DNA of 64,000 bases from Chloroflexota bacterium (GCA_021785175.1 JAJYGH010000026.1:67-64066), one strand, 5' to 3'. Shown: positions 39,429-50,755, counted from the stretch's first letter. Numbers and translations are program-made. Notes: generated by a model from the sequence alone, not told the origin.

Positions 39429-41602
39429 CCGCCGCGCGGTCCCTCATGTCGATCGAGCTGCGCCGCGGCACACGCCGCTTCCAGCGCTTCGTCTCGCTGC
39501 GTGGCGCCAAGCCCGGCCCGACGCCCCCGCCGACGCGCGGCATCCTGGATCCCGAGTTCCTGCGCAGCGCGATCGGGCCGGCGTTCCGCAAGCTCGATCC
39601 GCGCCTGCTGATCCGCAACCCGGTCATGTTCGTGGTCGAGCTGACTGCCGCGCTGGTCACGCTCACCTGGATCGCCAACGTCACCGGCTTCGAGCCGGTC
39701 CGCGGGCCGTCGGGCTTCGGGTTCCAGCTCCAGATCGCGATCTGGCTGTGGTTCACGGTCCTGTTCGCCACGTACGCCGAGGCCCTCGCCGAGGCGCGCG
39801 GGCGGGCGCAGGCGGCGACCCTGCGGAAGACGCGCTCGGAAACCAGCGCCCGCCGCCGGCGTGCGGACGGCACGCTCGAGGACGTCGGGTCGTCGGAGCT
39901 GCGCAAGGGCGACGTGATCGTCGTCGAGGAGGGCGAGACGATCCCCGGCGACGGCGACGTCATCGAGGGAGTCGGCTTCGTCAACGAGGCGGCCATCACG
40001 GGCGAGTCGGCGCCGGTCCTGAAGGAGCCGGGCACCGACATCCGCAGCTCGGTCACCGGCGGAACGACACTCACCAGCGACCGGCTCGTCATCCGCGTGA
40101 CCGCCAACCCCGGTGAGACGTTCCTCGACCGCATGATCGGACTCGTCGAGGGCGCGAAGCGGCAGCGCACGCCGAACGAGATCGCGCTGGCGATTCTGCT
40201 CGCGGGTCTGACCGTCATGTTCCTGATGGCCGTCGTGACGCTCCGGCCGTTCGGGCTCTACGCCGGGACGACCGTGGGCACGGTGCCGCTCGTGGCGCTG
40301 CTCGTCTGCCTCATCCCCACGACGATCGGCGGGCTGCTCTCCGCGATCGGGATCGCGGGAATGGACCGTGTCGCGCGCTTCAACGTGCTCGCGATGAGCG
40401 GTCGGGCCGTGGAGGCGTCGGGGGACGTGGACGTGATCCTGCTCGACAAGACCGGCACGATCACGTACGGCAACCGGCTCGCGGCATCGATCACGCCGGC
40501 TCCCGGCATCCCGGAGGTCGAGGCGGTCCGCGCGGCGCTCGTCTCATCGATCCGGGATGAGACCCCCGAGGGACGCTCGGTCGTGGAGCTCGCCCGCCGG
40601 CGGCTCTCCGAGCTCGGCCAGCCCGGGGGCACCGGCGACCAGGCGGGGCTCGATTCGATCGCGGCGACGATCGCGGAGGAAGTCCCGTTCCGGGCCGAGA
40701 CCCGGACGAGCGGGGCGAAGCTCGTCGATGGAAGCCACGTGCTCAAGGGCGCGGTGGACGCCATCGGCGCGGATCTCGACCGGGCCATGCCACGGGAGGT
40801 CCTGGCCGAGACCGAGGCGATCTCCGACCGTGGCGCGACCCCGCTCGCGCTGCGGAACGACGGCCGCGTGCTCGGCGTGATCGAGCTCAAGGACACCGTC
40901 AAGGAGGGACTGCCCGCCCGCTTCGAGCAGTTCCGGAAGATGGGCATCCGGACCGTGATGGTGACGGGCGACAACCCGCGCACGGCGGCCAGCATCGCGC
41001 GCGAGGCCGGCGTCGACGACTTCATCGCCGAGGCGAAGCCGGAGGACAAGATGGCCTTCATCCGCGCCCAGCAGGCGGACGGCCATCTCGTCGCCATGAC
41101 CGGCGACGGCACCAACGACGCCCCGGCGGTCGCCCAGGCCGACGTGGGGCTGGCGATGAACAGCGGCACGTCGGCGTGCAAGGAGGCGGCCAACATGGTC
41201 GACCTCGATTCCGACCCGACCAAGCTGCTCGAGGTCATCGCGATCGGCAAGCAGCTGCTCATCACGCGCGGCTCGATCACGACGTTCTCGATCGCCAACG
41301 ACGTCGCCAAGTACTTCGCGATCGTGCCCGCCCTGTTCGCGAGTGTGTACCCGCAGCTCAACGCGCTGAACATCATGGGCCTGGCCACGCCGGAGAGCGC
41401 GATCCTGTCGGCCGTCATCTTCAACGCGCTGATCATCATCGTGCTCGTACCCCTGGCGCTCCGCGGCGTCTCGTTCCGGCCGGCGCCGGCAAGCGTCCTC
41501 CTCCAGCGCAACCTGCTGGTCTACGGGCTCGGCGGCATCGTCGCGCCGTTCATCGGCATCAAGGCGGTCGACATCGTCGTCTCCGCCCTCCACCTCGCAT
41601 AG
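39425..41602 (+). CDS. kdpB: potassium-transporting ATPase subunit B (P-type ATPase)
   Basis: Motifs [37 protein letters not shown]. Confidence 0.97.
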   Translation: MTAARSLMSIELRRGTRRFQRFVSLRGAKPGPTPPPTRGILDPEFLRSAIGPAFRKLDPRLLIRNPVMFVVELTAALVTLTWIANVTGFEPVRGPSGFGFQLQIAIWLWFTVLFATYAEALAEARGRAQAATLRKTRSETSARRRRADGTLEDVGSSELRKGDVIVVEEGETIPGDGDVIEGVGFVNEAAITGESAPVLKEPGTDIRSSVTGGTTLTSDRLVIRVTANPGETFLDRMIGLVEGAKRQRTPNEIALAILLAGLTVMFLMAVVTLRPFGLYAGTTVGTVPLVALLVCLIPTTIGGLLSAIGIAGMDRVARFNVLAMSGRAVEASGDVDVILLDKTGTITYGNRLAASITPAPGIPEVEAVRAALVSSIRDETPEGRSVVELARRRLSELGQPGGTGDQAGLDSIAATIAEEVPFRAETRTSGAKLVDGSHVLKGAVDAIGADLDRAMPREVLAETEAISDRGATPLALRNDGRVLGVIELKDTVKEGLPARFEQFRKMGIRTVMVTGDNPRTAASIAREAGVDDFIAEAKPEDKMAFIRAQQADGHLVAMTGDGTNDAPAVAQADVGLAMNSGTSACKEAANMVDLDSDPTKLLEVIAIGKQLLITRGSITTFSIANDVAKYFAIVPALFASVYPQLNALNIMGLATPESAILSAVIFNALIIIVLVPLALRGVSFRPAPASVLLQRNLLVYGLGGIVAPFIGIKAVDIVVSALHLA

Positions 41603-41611
41603 GACTCCCCA

Positions 41612-42205
41612 GTGACGTCGTTTCTCCGCCACCAGGTCTACCCCGCGGTCGCGCTGCTCGTGGCGCTGACCGTCGTCACCGGCGTGATCTACCCTGCCGT
41701 CGTCACCGCCGTCGCGCAGATCGCCTTTCCATCACAGGCCAACGGGTCGATGATCGTGGTCGACGGGAAGGCCGTCGGTTCCTCGCTGATCGGGCAGTAC
41801 TTCAACGAGCCCAGGTACTTCTGGGGCCGCCCGTCGGCCGCGGTCTCCGCGGCCGACCCGAACGGCTATGACGCCAGCAACTCCGGCGGCAGCAACCTGG
41901 GTCCGACGAACGCGACACTGATCGAGCACGTCGTCCAGCGCGTCGATGCGCTCCGCAAGGCGAACGGAGGCGGGCCCGTCCCGGTGGACCTCGTCACCAG
42001 CTCCGCGTCCGGGCTCGACCCTGACATCAGCCCGCAGGCCGCCGCCTACCAGGTCGACCGCGTCGCGAAGGCGCGCGGGATGAGCGTCGCCGCCGTCACG
42101 GCCGCGGTCGCACGCTTCACGCAGCAGCCGATCCTGGGCTTCCTGGGCGAGCCCTCCGTCAACGTCCTCGAACTCAACCTCTACCTCGACGGCCTGATCC
42201 GATGA
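41612..42205 (+). CDS. kdpC: potassium-transporting ATPase subunit C
   Basis: Motifs [45 protein letters not shown]. Confidence 0.96.
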   Translation: MTSFLRHQVYPAVALLVALTVVTGVIYPAVVTAVAQIAFPSQANGSMIVVDGKAVGSSLIGQYFNEPRYFWGRPSAAVSAADPNGYDASNSGGSNLGPTNATLIEHVVQRVDALRKANGGGPVPVDLVTSSASGLDPDISPQAAAYQVDRVAKARGMSVAAVTAAVARFTQQPILGFLGEPSVNVLELNLYLDGLIR

Positions 42206-43371
42206 CACCGGAGACCGACCTCGACCGGGACGCCTTCGACTTCCGTCCCACGGGCAACGAGATGCTCGCTCGAGTGCGGGACGAGGGAGCCACCGGCCGG
42301 GGACGGCTGCGGGTCTACCTGGGGATGGCGCCGGGCGTCGGCAAGACGTACCGGATGCTCGAGGAGGGGCACCGACGCCTCGCCCGCGGCACCGACCTGG
42401 TGATCGGCTACGTCGAGCCGCACGGACGTCCCCGGACGATCGAGCTGCTGGAAGGGCTCGAGGTCGTTCCAAGACGTCACATCGAGTACCGCGGCGTGGT
42501 CGTCGAGGAGATGAACACCGGGGCGGTGGTCGAGCGACACCCGACCGTGGCGCTGATCGACGAGCTCGCGCACTCGAACGTTCCCGGATCGGAGCACGAG
42601 AAGCGCTGGCAGGACGTGGAGGAGATCCGCGACGCGGGCATCCACGTCGTGAGCACGATGAACGTGCAGCACCTCGACTCCGTCGCCGACGCCGTGGCGA
42701 CCATCACCGGGGCGCCCGTCCACGAGCGCGTGCCGGACGATGTCCTGCTCCGCGCCGACGAGATCGAGCTCGTCGACATCAGCCCCCACGCCCTTCGCCA
42801 GCGGATGAAGCACGGCAACATCTACCCGCCTGACCACGCGCAGGTTGCGCTCGACCGATTCTTCACCGAGGCGAACCTGACCGCGCTCCGCGAGCTCTCG
42901 CTGCGGCTCGTCGCGCAGCGGGTCGAGGGCCAGCTCGAAGGCTCCATGGCGGGCCAGGAACTGCCGCTGGTCACGGAGCGCGTGCTCGTCCTGGTGGACG
43001 GCAGCCCCGCCTCGGTTCGGGCCGTCCGCCGAGCCGCCACGCTCGCCGGCCTGCTGCACGCCGCCCTCGCCGCGGTCGTGGTCGACACTCCCGAGTCCGA
43101 GCGGCTGCCGTTCGACAGGGCGCGGGACCTGCAGGAGGTCATCGACGACGCCGTGGACCTCGGGGCCGACGTGGTGCGGGTGCAGGCGAGGGACGTCGCG
43201 TCCGGCATCGAGCAGGCCGCGCGAACCCGCCGCGCCACGCACGTCGTGCTGCCGTACCACGAGCGGTCCCGCGTGAGCCGGCTGCTCGAACCGCCGCTCG
43301 TCGAGCGCGTATCCGGCCGCCTCCCCGACGTCGAGGTGCACGTCGTCGCTGCGTCGACGAAGCGCCCGTAG
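42202..43371 (+). CDS. kdpD: stand-alone KdpD N-terminal domain plus USP domain
   Basis: Motifs [43 protein letters not shown], followed by a USP-like region; no TM or kinase domain. Confidence 0.88.
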   Translation: MTPETDLDRDAFDFRPTGNEMLARVRDEGATGRGRLRVYLGMAPGVGKTYRMLEEGHRRLARGTDLVIGYVEPHGRPRTIELLEGLEVVPRRHIEYRGVVVEEMNTGAVVERHPTVALIDELAHSNVPGSEHEKRWQDVEEIRDAGIHVVSTMNVQHLDSVADAVATITGAPVHERVPDDVLLRADEIELVDISPHALRQRMKHGNIYPPDHAQVALDRFFTEANLTALRELSLRLVAQRVEGQLEGSMAGQELPLVTERVLVLVDGSPASVRAVRRAATLAGLLHAALAAVVVDTPESERLPFDRARDLQEVIDDAVDLGADVVRVQARDVASGIEQAARTRRATHVVLPYHERSRVSRLLEPPLVERVSGRLPDVEVHVVAASTKRP

Positions 43372-43595
43372 ATCCAGCCCGCCGACGGCCATCGGACGCC
43401 CGAGGCGGATCGTCGGCGGTCCAGGCGCGGCGGCGGCGGACAGTTCCCGGTTCAGGCGCCGGCGGCGGACAGCTCCCGGTCGAACGAGATCGGCCGGAGC
43501 CCGCAATGGGCCGGGGTGCCGCGGCCAGGCGGCCGGCATGCGCCCCCCCTCCACGACATGCCACCGGGCGGGCGCGTGGACGGCCGGGCGACGCC

Positions 43596-45044
43596 TCAGA
43601 GCTGCCCGGACGGCAGCTGCCGCAGGCCGGTCGGCAGGTCGGTCAGGCGGACGACGTGGGTGTCGGTCGTGCCCGACGAGGGATTGCCCTCGCGCCAGAT
43701 CGCCCATCCGTCGCCGAACGCGACGAAGTCGGGCTGGCGGAGTCCCTCGACCGCCTCGGCGGCGGGGAGCCCCGGCTGCCAGAGCACGAGATCGGTCGCG
43801 AACGATCCGTCGGCCTGGGGAGCTGCGACGATCCACCCGATCCATCCAGCCGTCGCCGCGAGCCCGAACGACAGCACGTGCCCGCCCGGCACCATCGGCA
43901 CGCGGGGACCCGGGACCCGGGCCGGCGCCCCGCCGGCGAGCGATGCGACCTCGACGGATCCGTCCACCGCGTCCTCCCGCGCCCACGCCAGCAGGTCGCC
44001 GCCGATCGTCGCGTCCTTGACGTGCGTGTCGACCACGCGCGGCGTCGCCGACACGGACGGAACGAGCACGAGGGTCCCGTCGTTCGGGTCGGTGGCGACA
44101 GGCGTCGGCCCGGCACGGACGCCGACGTAGAACATCGCCTGGCCGGACAGACCGATCTGCGAGACGTAGGAGGCGACGTCGATCTGTCGGACGATCGTCG
44201 CCGTGCCGGCGTCCCGGATGACGATCCGCGTGGAGACCGGGGCGGCACCGGCTGCCGCGTCGAGCGTGTACACGATCCGGGTGCCGCCGGCGGCGAGGAG
44301 CGGCGGGTTGACAGAGGCCCCCGCGCCGCCGATCGCAATTCGCGTGTTCACGCCGGACGCGACCACCCTCGCCGTCCCGTCGGCCACCCTCAGCGTCACG
44401 ATCTGCCACCCCAGCCCCGACGGCCCCGCACCCTGTCCAACGCTGGCAGGCGGTCCCGTCGCCGACGCGCCGTGCACGGCGGCCTCGGCGCTCCACGTCT
44501 CGAGCCAGGCGAGACCCGTCGACGTCGCGGCCAGGTCGATGGCCTCGTGGCCGCGCGGGATCACGGCGACCACGGAGGACGTGCCGGCCGCGAGATCGAA
44601 CCGACGCACGACGGTCCGACCGGTAACGGCCGACGTGACGAGCTGGTAGACGTTGTCGCCGACGATGACGTCCTCCGCGGGCAGTGCGCCTGGCACGTCG
44701 GGGACCGGACGGAGGACGCCCGTCGGGACGACGAGGGAGGGGCCGGTGATCGAGGGGACCGTACTCGTCGACGGGACCGCCGTCCGCGCGACGGCGCCGG
44801 GGCCCGGAGACGCTCCGGCAGCTGACCGGGAGGCCGCCGCGAGCCCCCCGCCGACGAGACCGGCGGCGACGAGGAGCGTGGCGACGAGCGTGACCCGAGG
44901 CGCGATGCCCTGCCGGATCCCGGGAAGCCGGTGGCGCGAACGATGCACCGCGAACGCGGCGTCGCACACGCGCGAGACGGGGATGCGCCGCCGCCTGCGC
45001 TGCTCCGGGCCGCGCTTTCCCCGACCGATCCCCCTGTAAAGCAC
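43596..45044 (-). CDS. hypothetical exported or membrane-anchored protein with beta-rich repeats
   Basis: Hydrophobic segment LVATLLVAAGLVGGGLAA, Pro/Thr linker, and repeated beta-strand-like segments (LAWLE, IVYT, LLAWA, WIGWI, LVLW). Start uncertain. Confidence 0.55.
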   Translation of the reverse strand: MLYRGIGRGKRGPEQRRRRRIPVSRVCDAAFAVHRSRHRLPGIRQGIAPRVTLVATLLVAAGLVGGGLAAASRSAAGASPGPGAVARTAVPSTSTVPSITGPSLVVPTGVLRPVPDVPGALPAEDVIVGDNVYQLVTSAVTGRTVVRRFDLAAGTSSVVAVIPRGHEAIDLAATSTGLAWLETWSAEAAVHGASATGPPASVGQGAGPSGLGWQIVTLRVADGTARVVASGVNTRIAIGGAGASVNPPLLAAGGTRIVYTLDAAAGAAPVSTRIVIRDAGTATIVRQIDVASYVSQIGLSGQAMFYVGVRAGPTPVATDPNDGTLVLVPSVSATPRVVDTHVKDATIGGDLLAWAREDAVDGSVEVASLAGGAPARVPGPRVPMVPGGHVLSFGLAATAGWIGWIVAAPQADGSFATDLVLWQPGLPAAEAVEGLRQPDFVAFGDGWAIWREGNPSSGTTDTHVVRLTDLPTGLRQLPSGQL

Positions 45045-45401
45045 GTCGCCCCCTGCCCGTCACCGACAGCCGCGGTCGCGACCTGCTCCACGGTCCGCGG
45101 GGGACGAGCGTGCGACAGGGCGGCTCACACCGGCCCCCTCAGCATGCCGATCCCACGGCTGCCGTCAAGCCCCAGCGGGGTCCGAGCGGCCACAGCCACG
45201 CCTCTGGAACGTCGCTCTCGATGTGGGCACGGCCGGGCTCACGAGCGGGGCGCGGGAGGTGTCGAACGCGCGCGGGGCGGGACGGTCGCGACATCAGAAC
45301 GGAGGAGCGGCAGGAGGTCGGGCGCGGCCGCGCTACCCTCCTCGCACGCGGCCGGGGAACGTGGCGCGGAACGCGGCCAGGGCCACGGACTGGAGGGGTC
45401 G

Positions 45402-45836
45402 ATGCCGAACCGGATGCTGGAGCGGTTCCGGGCAGGAGCCACGGGTATCCTCGTGCTGCTGCTCGCGCAGTTCGCGCTCGGGATGATCGCCAACCTCTAC
45501 GTCGAGTTCCCGAGCCCACTCGCGGGCGGCGACGCGTTCGCATGGGCGTTCGGCCACTCGCTCGTGGTTCCGGTTCACGTGCTGCTGGCCGCGCTCCTGC
45601 TCGCGGCCTCGCTCGTCACCGCGGAGGTCGCGGCCTGGAGCGGAGTGCCGACCGTGGCCCGAAGCGGCGTCGCCGGTCTGCTGCTGGTCCTCGTCGCTGC
45701 CGTGTGCGGGATCTGGTTCCTCACCGACGGGCAGGGCAACGCCAGCTCGCTGCTGATGGCCTTTGCCTTCATGGGCGCGTTCGTCGCATACGCCGCAGGG
45801 CTGCACGCGGCGCGGTCCGCGGCACCCAGCCACTGA
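45402..45836 (+). CDS. hypothetical 4-TM membrane protein
   Basis: GGAGGGG RBS; four hydrophobic helices (QFALGMIANLY, VHVLLA...). Confidence 0.7.
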   Translation: MPNRMLERFRAGATGILVLLLAQFALGMIANLYVEFPSPLAGGDAFAWAFGHSLVVPVHVLLAALLLAASLVTAEVAAWSGVPTVARSGVAGLLLVLVAAVCGIWFLTDGQGNASSLLMAFAFMGAFVAYAAGLHAARSAAPSH

Positions 45837-45974
45837 CGCCACGCGCCCCTGCTCGCGGCCCCAGGGGCGCCCGACGCCGCGCCCCGGCGCCCCGTCGTGT
45901 CCCCTCGGAGATCGTTCCTCGCGGAGAGGCCGATCGCACCGGAACCCGCCGCATGCCGCGGAGGGCCGCAGTCG

Positions 45975-47435
45975 TCAGTCGACCACATCCGCCCTGCCGC
46001 ACGGGACGCCTGCCTCGGCGCCCTCGCGGGAGACGGCGAACGCCGGGCTCGTCGCCGGCTCGGGAACGAGGCCGCCCGCGAGCGTCACGTCGCCGGGCGC
46101 GGCCGTGGACACGTCGACGACGGACTGCGGCGAGGTTCGAGCGACCTTCGATCCGGCGCGCGTTGCGGCAGCCTGGATTGCGGCGATGGCGCCGACCGCG
46201 AGCGCGCCAAACACGATGAGGCCGGCCCGGATACCCCAGCCTCCCGCGATCGTGCCGAGCAGGAACGCGCCGATCGGCGTCGATCCGCCCATCAGCAGCA
46301 CGTAGATGCTCATGATCCGGCCGCGCAGCGCGTCGGGCGTGCGCACCTGGAGGAGCGTGTTCGCCGTCACCGACGCCACCACTCCGGCGAAGCCCGCGAC
46401 GACCATGAGCGCGAGGCTCACCGCGTAGGCCGACGACAGCCCGAGCGCGATCAGCAGGCCGCCCAGGCCGAGCCCGCCGATCGCCAGCCGGCGCTCGCTC
46501 GGCCTCCTGTCGCTCGCGAGCACGATCCCGGCGAGCAGCGAGCCCGCGCCGAGGGCCGACATCAGGGTGCCGAAGCCGGTGACGCCGCGGTGCAGCGCGA
46601 CCGCGAGCAGCGGCAGGGCGACCTGCCAGTTGAACCCGAGCAGCCCGACGACGCCGAACAGCGCGACGACGACCCGAAGCGACGGCGCCGTGACGGCGTA
46701 ACGGATCCCTTCGGCCAGCTCGGACGTCATCCGGACGCCCGCCGGACGTCGCCGCACCGTCGAGTGCCGTGGCCGGACCGCGGCGAGGACCGCGACCGCC
46801 GGCACGTAGCTGGCGGCATTGAGGAACAGCGCGCCGGGGATGCCCCACGTGGCCACCGCGATGCCACCCACCGCGCCACCGACGAGGCGCGCGAGGTTGA
46901 ACTGGATGCTGTTCATGGCAACCGCGTCGGCGACCAGATCGGGTCCCACGAGCTCGGGCACGAATGCCTGTGCGGCCGGGTTGTTGAAAGCGTTCGTCAG
47001 GCCGAGCATCAGCGCGAGGACGGCCACTTCCCAGACCTGAACCGTGCCGCTCACGACGAGCACCCCGAGGATCGCCGCCTGGAGGGCCGCGGCGGTCTGC
47101 GTCGCGAGCAGCAGGCGCCGACGCGGGAGCCGGTCGGCGATGACCCCGCCGATCAACGGGAACACGAGCAGCGGCAGGAACTGGAGCATCGTCACCGTGC
47201 CGAGCACCACGGCGGAGTGCGTCAGCTCGAGCACGAGCCAGCTCTGCGCCACGGCCTGTGCCCACGTGCCGACACCCGAAACGAGCTGGCTGGACCAGTA
47301 CCAGCGGAAGTCGGAGACGAGCATCGAGGCGGGGAGGCGGACCCGCGCCCCCACGGGCTTCGAGCTCCGCGCGAGTGGTCGGCTCCCGGCGGACTCTGGG
47401 CTCCCGGCGGGCTGCGAGCTTTCGACCGGCTGCAT
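45975..47435 (-). CDS. MFS transporter
   Basis: Motifs FRWYWSSQLVSGVGTW, GGVIADRLPRRR, NSIQFNLARLVG, LRGRIMSIY. Confidence 0.88.
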   Translation of the reverse strand: MQPVESSQPAGSPESAGSRPLARSSKPVGARVRLPASMLVSDFRWYWSSQLVSGVGTWAQAVAQSWLVLELTHSAVVLGTVTMLQFLPLLVFPLIGGVIADRLPRRRLLLATQTAAALQAAILGVLVVSGTVQVWEVAVLALMLGLTNAFNNPAAQAFVPELVGPDLVADAVAMNSIQFNLARLVGGAVGGIAVATWGIPGALFLNAASYVPAVAVLAAVRPRHSTVRRRPAGVRMTSELAEGIRYAVTAPSLRVVVALFGVVGLLGFNWQVALPLLAVALHRGVTGFGTLMSALGAGSLLAGIVLASDRRPSERRLAIGGLGLGGLLIALGLSSAYAVSLALMVVAGFAGVVASVTANTLLQVRTPDALRGRIMSIYVLLMGGSTPIGAFLLGTIAGGWGIRAGLIVFGALAVGAIAAIQAAATRAGSKVARTSPQSVVDVSTAAPGDVTLAGGLVPEPATSPAFAVSREGAEAGVPCGRADVVD

Positions 47436-47500
47436 GATCGCCGCCGGCCGCGATCCCCTCCGCGGAGCAGACGGCCCCGGCCGCCCTGGGTCGGTCGGGC

Positions 47501-48160
47501 TCACGCCCGCACCTCCATCTCCGGTTCGGCCACGTCCTGCTCCGCCGTCGACGCATCCCCGGCCACTCCCGCCTCGAGACGGTCGAGGAGGCGGTTCAAC
47601 GTCGCGACGCCGTCGGCTCCGAGCGCCCGCTCGAGGAGCGCGCTCCATTCGGCGGAGCGGTCCACGAGGAGTCGGCCGATCGACGCGCCGGTCCGGGTCG
47701 GCGACAGCACCCGGCGGCGCCTGTCGTCCGGGTCGGACGCGGACGCGAGCAATCCGTCCCGCTCGAGCACGTCGGCGAGGCGCTTGACGTTCATCGGGTC
47801 CGCATAGAGCCGTCGGGCCAGCTCGCGGAGACCGGTTCCGGGCCGCTCGGCGACGGCCCGGAGCACCGCGGCCTGGGGGCCGGTGAGCCCGAGGTCGGCG
47901 ATCCGGCTCTCCCAGCCCGATCGGATGCGTCGGTGCGCGCGGCCCACGCGGTACCCGATCGCGCTCTCGAGCGTGCGCGCCGAAACGTCCGGCCCGGCGT
48001 CCGGGCGCGCCCCGCCAGCGACGTCGGCCGGTGTGTCGAATGGCGTGGCGTCGCCCATCCCCGCCCTGTCGTCCATCCCCGCCCTGACGCCAGGGCCGAG
48101 CCCCACGCCCCCCGCGGCAGCACCGGGCGCCGCGGCCGCCGATGTTTCCTGGCTGTTCAC
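47501..48160 (-). CDS. MarR family transcriptional regulator
   Basis: Motifs LGLTGPQAAVL, LRELARRL, LERDGLL, DPDDRRRRVLSPT. TACAAT lies 6 nt before GTG 48160. Confidence 0.85.
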   Translation of the reverse strand: MNSQETSAAAAPGAAAGGVGLGPGVRAGMDDRAGMGDATPFDTPADVAGGARPDAGPDVSARTLESAIGYRVGRAHRRIRSGWESRIADLGLTGPQAAVLRAVAERPGTGLRELARRLYADPMNVKRLADVLERDGLLASASDPDDRRRRVLSPTRTGASIGRLLVDRSAEWSALLERALGADGVATLNRLLDRLEAGVAGDASTAEQDVAEPEMEVRA

Positions 48161-48166
48161 ACGTCA

Positions 48167-48185
48167 ATTGTAGTCATTACTACGA
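48167..48185 (-). promoter_or_regulatory. -10 element overlapped by an inverted repeat (candidate MarR operator)
   Basis: Inverted repeat GTAGT-CATT-ACTAC (48170-48183) overlaps TACAAT (48172-48167) in an AT-rich patch. Confidence 0.55.
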
Positions 48186-48229
48186 CTGTCGGCCTCGGAA
48201 GGCCTGCGTTCGTCGCGGCCGGGCATCGC

Positions 48230-49210
48230 TCAGGCCCAGGCGAGGGCCGAGCGCTCCGCCCAGTAGTCACCGGCCGGTTCGGCGAGAGAGGCGAGATCGT
48301 CCAGGTCCTCGGCCGAGACCGGGGCCTCCAGCGCAGCGACATTGCTCGCCAGCTGGTCCGCCGTGGCGGCTCCGGACAGGACGACGTCCGCCCAGGGCTG
48401 CGCAAGCGCCGCCGCCATCGCGAGCGCATCGAGCGAGGCGTCGTGCCGCGCCGCGACCCGCTGCAGGGCCGCGTGCCCGGGCAGGAGCAGACGCCCGTTG
48501 GCGAGCGCCTCCTTCACGATCACGCCCCACCCAGCGTCATGCGCCTCCGCCAGCGCGGGACCTGCGGACGGCTCGAGCAGGTTCCACGTCGCCTGCACGG
48601 ATCCGAACGGATTCACCCCATCGACGCGGACGCCGAGCGCGGCCCGCACCACGGCGGCCTGATTCGGCCCGCTCACGGTCAGGCCGATCGCGAGTCCCTC
48701 CTCGCACAGCCGCGCGAGCTCCCGCAGGACGTCCGGGTTCTCGAGCACGCCGCTCTCGAACGTGGCCGAGTGGATCTGGTACAGCCGGAGCCACGTGCCG
48801 AGCAGCCGGCGGCTCTCCGCGAGCTGCGACCGGAGCATCTCGAGGCTGTGCTCCTTGACCTCGTGCACCGGCGCGTCCATGCGCCACTCGCCGACGTACC
48901 GGTATCCCCACTTGGACCCGACCGTGACGTGCGGCGCGTCGTCGTTCCGCCCCGTCAGCCACGAGGCGAGGAACTCCTCCGCCCGTCCGTACGAGCGTGC
49001 CACGTCCACGTATCGGAGCCCGAGCGCGACCGCCTCGTCGAGCAGCGCGTGCGTCCGCGCCTCCATCGCGCCGGGGCTCCGGTCCTGCCCGAGGTCACGC
49101 TCGCGGCCGACGTTGATGTAGGCGGGCCGGCCGACCGCCGCAAGACCGAGCCCGATCGGCGTGACGTCGAGCCCGGTCGATCCGAACGGCCGCAGGGTCA
49201 CAGGCGGCAC
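48230..49210 (-). CDS. aldo/keto reductase
   Basis: Motifs IGLGLAAVGRP, DVARSYG, GSKWGY, YQIHS, QATWNLLE, VLSGA; GAGGAGG RBS. Confidence 0.88.
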   Translation of the reverse strand: MPPVTLRPFGSTGLDVTPIGLGLAAVGRPAYINVGRERDLGQDRSPGAMEARTHALLDEAVALGLRYVDVARSYGRAEEFLASWLTGRNDDAPHVTVGSKWGYRYVGEWRMDAPVHEVKEHSLEMLRSQLAESRRLLGTWLRLYQIHSATFESGVLENPDVLRELARLCEEGLAIGLTVSGPNQAAVVRAALGVRVDGVNPFGSVQATWNLLEPSAGPALAEAHDAGWGVIVKEALANGRLLLPGHAALQRVAARHDASLDALAMAAALAQPWADVVLSGAATADQLASNVAALEAPVSAEDLDDLASLAEPAGDYWAERSALAWA

Positions 49211-49408
49211 GCGAGCGCCTCCTCTCGATCCACGTCGTACCGATCCATCCCGGTCACACCCTCCTCCGCCTGCCCGTGTCCCACGCCGATCCCTGCCCGA
49301 GCAGGACAGGCCGCGCGAACAGGTCGGCACGGTGGCGGCCCGTGGCCGCGGCACCGTGGCCGCCCGCGTCGGGATTGCCGCCGGCGCCCGGAACGTCGCG
49401 CGAACCCG

Positions 49409-49640
49409 TCACTTCGCCGACGCTCCCTCCGGCTTCGGGCGGCTCGGACCGGGCCCGGCGGGCCAGGACTCCGGCACGGCCGACGCGTCGCGTTCGGAGG
49501 CGACGAGGTGCGTCACGGCGTCGATCGGCGCGAACGCGGACTGGGCCACGAACGACCAGCGGGATCGGCCAGCGCTATTCGGCGCTGGTAGCCATCGTAG
49601 CGCCCGTGGTTGCTCTCGTGGTTGCTCTCGTTGACGCGGC
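49409..49640 (-). pseudogene. possible frameshifted remnant of a DeoR-family regulator C-terminus
   Basis: RRIALADP in one frame continues as RWSFVAQSAFAPIDAVTHLVAS in another, resembling the DeoR C-terminal ADxSKxG...FAPL...L pattern. Confidence 0.35.
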
Positions 49641-49744
49641 GCCACAGCCGGTCGGGCGCACGATCCCGGCGCTCGACGACACGCGCGCCCGCGCGCATCC
49701 GCCGGCTCCCGACCTGTGCCTCGACCTGCGGGTTGCCTGCGCGC

Positions 49745-50755
49745 TCAGGAGCCAGGCGGCTGGCCGGACTCCACGATCGTCGTCGGCGCGTTGTGCACGG
49801 ACGCGATCGCGGGAACGGACCCCAGCCGCCCGGCCCGATAGTCCTCGAAGGCCTGCAGCAGCTCCGCCCGCGTGTTCATCACGAACGGGCCGTACCACGC
49901 CACCGGCTCGCCGATCGGGCGGCCGCCCAGGACGAGCACGTCGAGGCTCGGACTCCGGCTCTCCTGGACCGCGTCGGCCTGGATCGTGACCGCATCGCCC
50001 GCGCCGAAGACCGCGAGCTGGCCCGTTCCGATCGGGCGTCGCTCGGCTCCGACGGCGCCGCGACCGCTCAGGACGTACACGAGCGCGTTGTGGTCCTCGC
50101 GCCACGGCAGCACGAGCCGTGCCGTCGGAGCGAGCGTCGCGTGGATGAACGTCATCGGCGTGTACGTCGACCCGGGGCCGGGGTGGCCGGCGACCTCTCC
50201 GGCGATGACGCGCACGAGCGCGCCGCCGTCGGGCGAGGCGAGCAGCGCGACCTCGCTCGCGCGGAGGTCCTGGTATCGCGGAGCCGCCCATTTCTGCGCG
50301 CGCGGCAGGTTCACCCACAGCTGGATGCCGTGGAACAGGCCGCCGCTGACGACGAGCGATTCCGGCGGCTTCTCGACGTGCAGGATCCCGGCGCCGGCCG
50401 TCATCCACTGCGTGTCGCCGTTCGTGATGACCCCGCCGCCCCCGTTCGAATCCTGGTGCTCGAACGTGCCGTCCATCACGTACGTCACGGTCTCGAACCC
50501 GCGATGCGGGTGCCACGGCGTGCCCTTCGGCTCGCCGGGCGCGTACTCGACCTCCCCCATCTGATCCATGTGGACGAACGGGTCGAGGTCGGCCAGGTCC
50601 GCGCCCATGAACGCGCGACGGACGGGAAACCCCTCGCCCTCGAACCCGCGCGGGGCCGTGGTCACCTGTCGCACCGGCCGCTGGCGCGCGGCGAGCGGAT
50701 CGGGCTCCGGGATGCGGGGCAGGACGGTGATGTCGGGGACACTGACGGCAGGCAT
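49745..50755 (-). CDS. pirin family protein
   Basis: Motifs EGEGFPVRRAF, DPFVHMD, WHPHRGFETVTY, QWMTAGAGILHVE, QLWVNLP, YGPFVMN. Confidence 0.95.
   Translation of the reverse strand: MPAVSVPDITVLPRIPEPDPLAARQRPVRQVTTAPRGFEGEGFPVRRAFMGADLADLDPFVHMDQMGEVEYAPGEPKGTPWHPHRGFETVTYVMDGTFEHQDSNGGGGVITNGDTQWMTAGAGILHVEKPPESLVVSGGLFHGIQLWVNLPRAQKWAAPRYQDLRASEVALLASPDGGALVRVIAGEVAGHPGPGSTYTPMTFIHATLAPTARLVLPWREDHNALVYVLSGRGAVGAERRPIGTGQLAVFGAGDAVTIQADAVQESRSPSLDVLVLGGRPIGEPVAWYGPFVMNTRAELLQAFEDYRAGRLGSVPAIASVHNAPTTIVESGQPPGS

Noticed and set aside
43431..43480. 21-bp imperfect direct repeat after the kdpD N-terminal gene
   Set aside because: Only two copies in GC-rich intergenic DNA, with no evidence of function.
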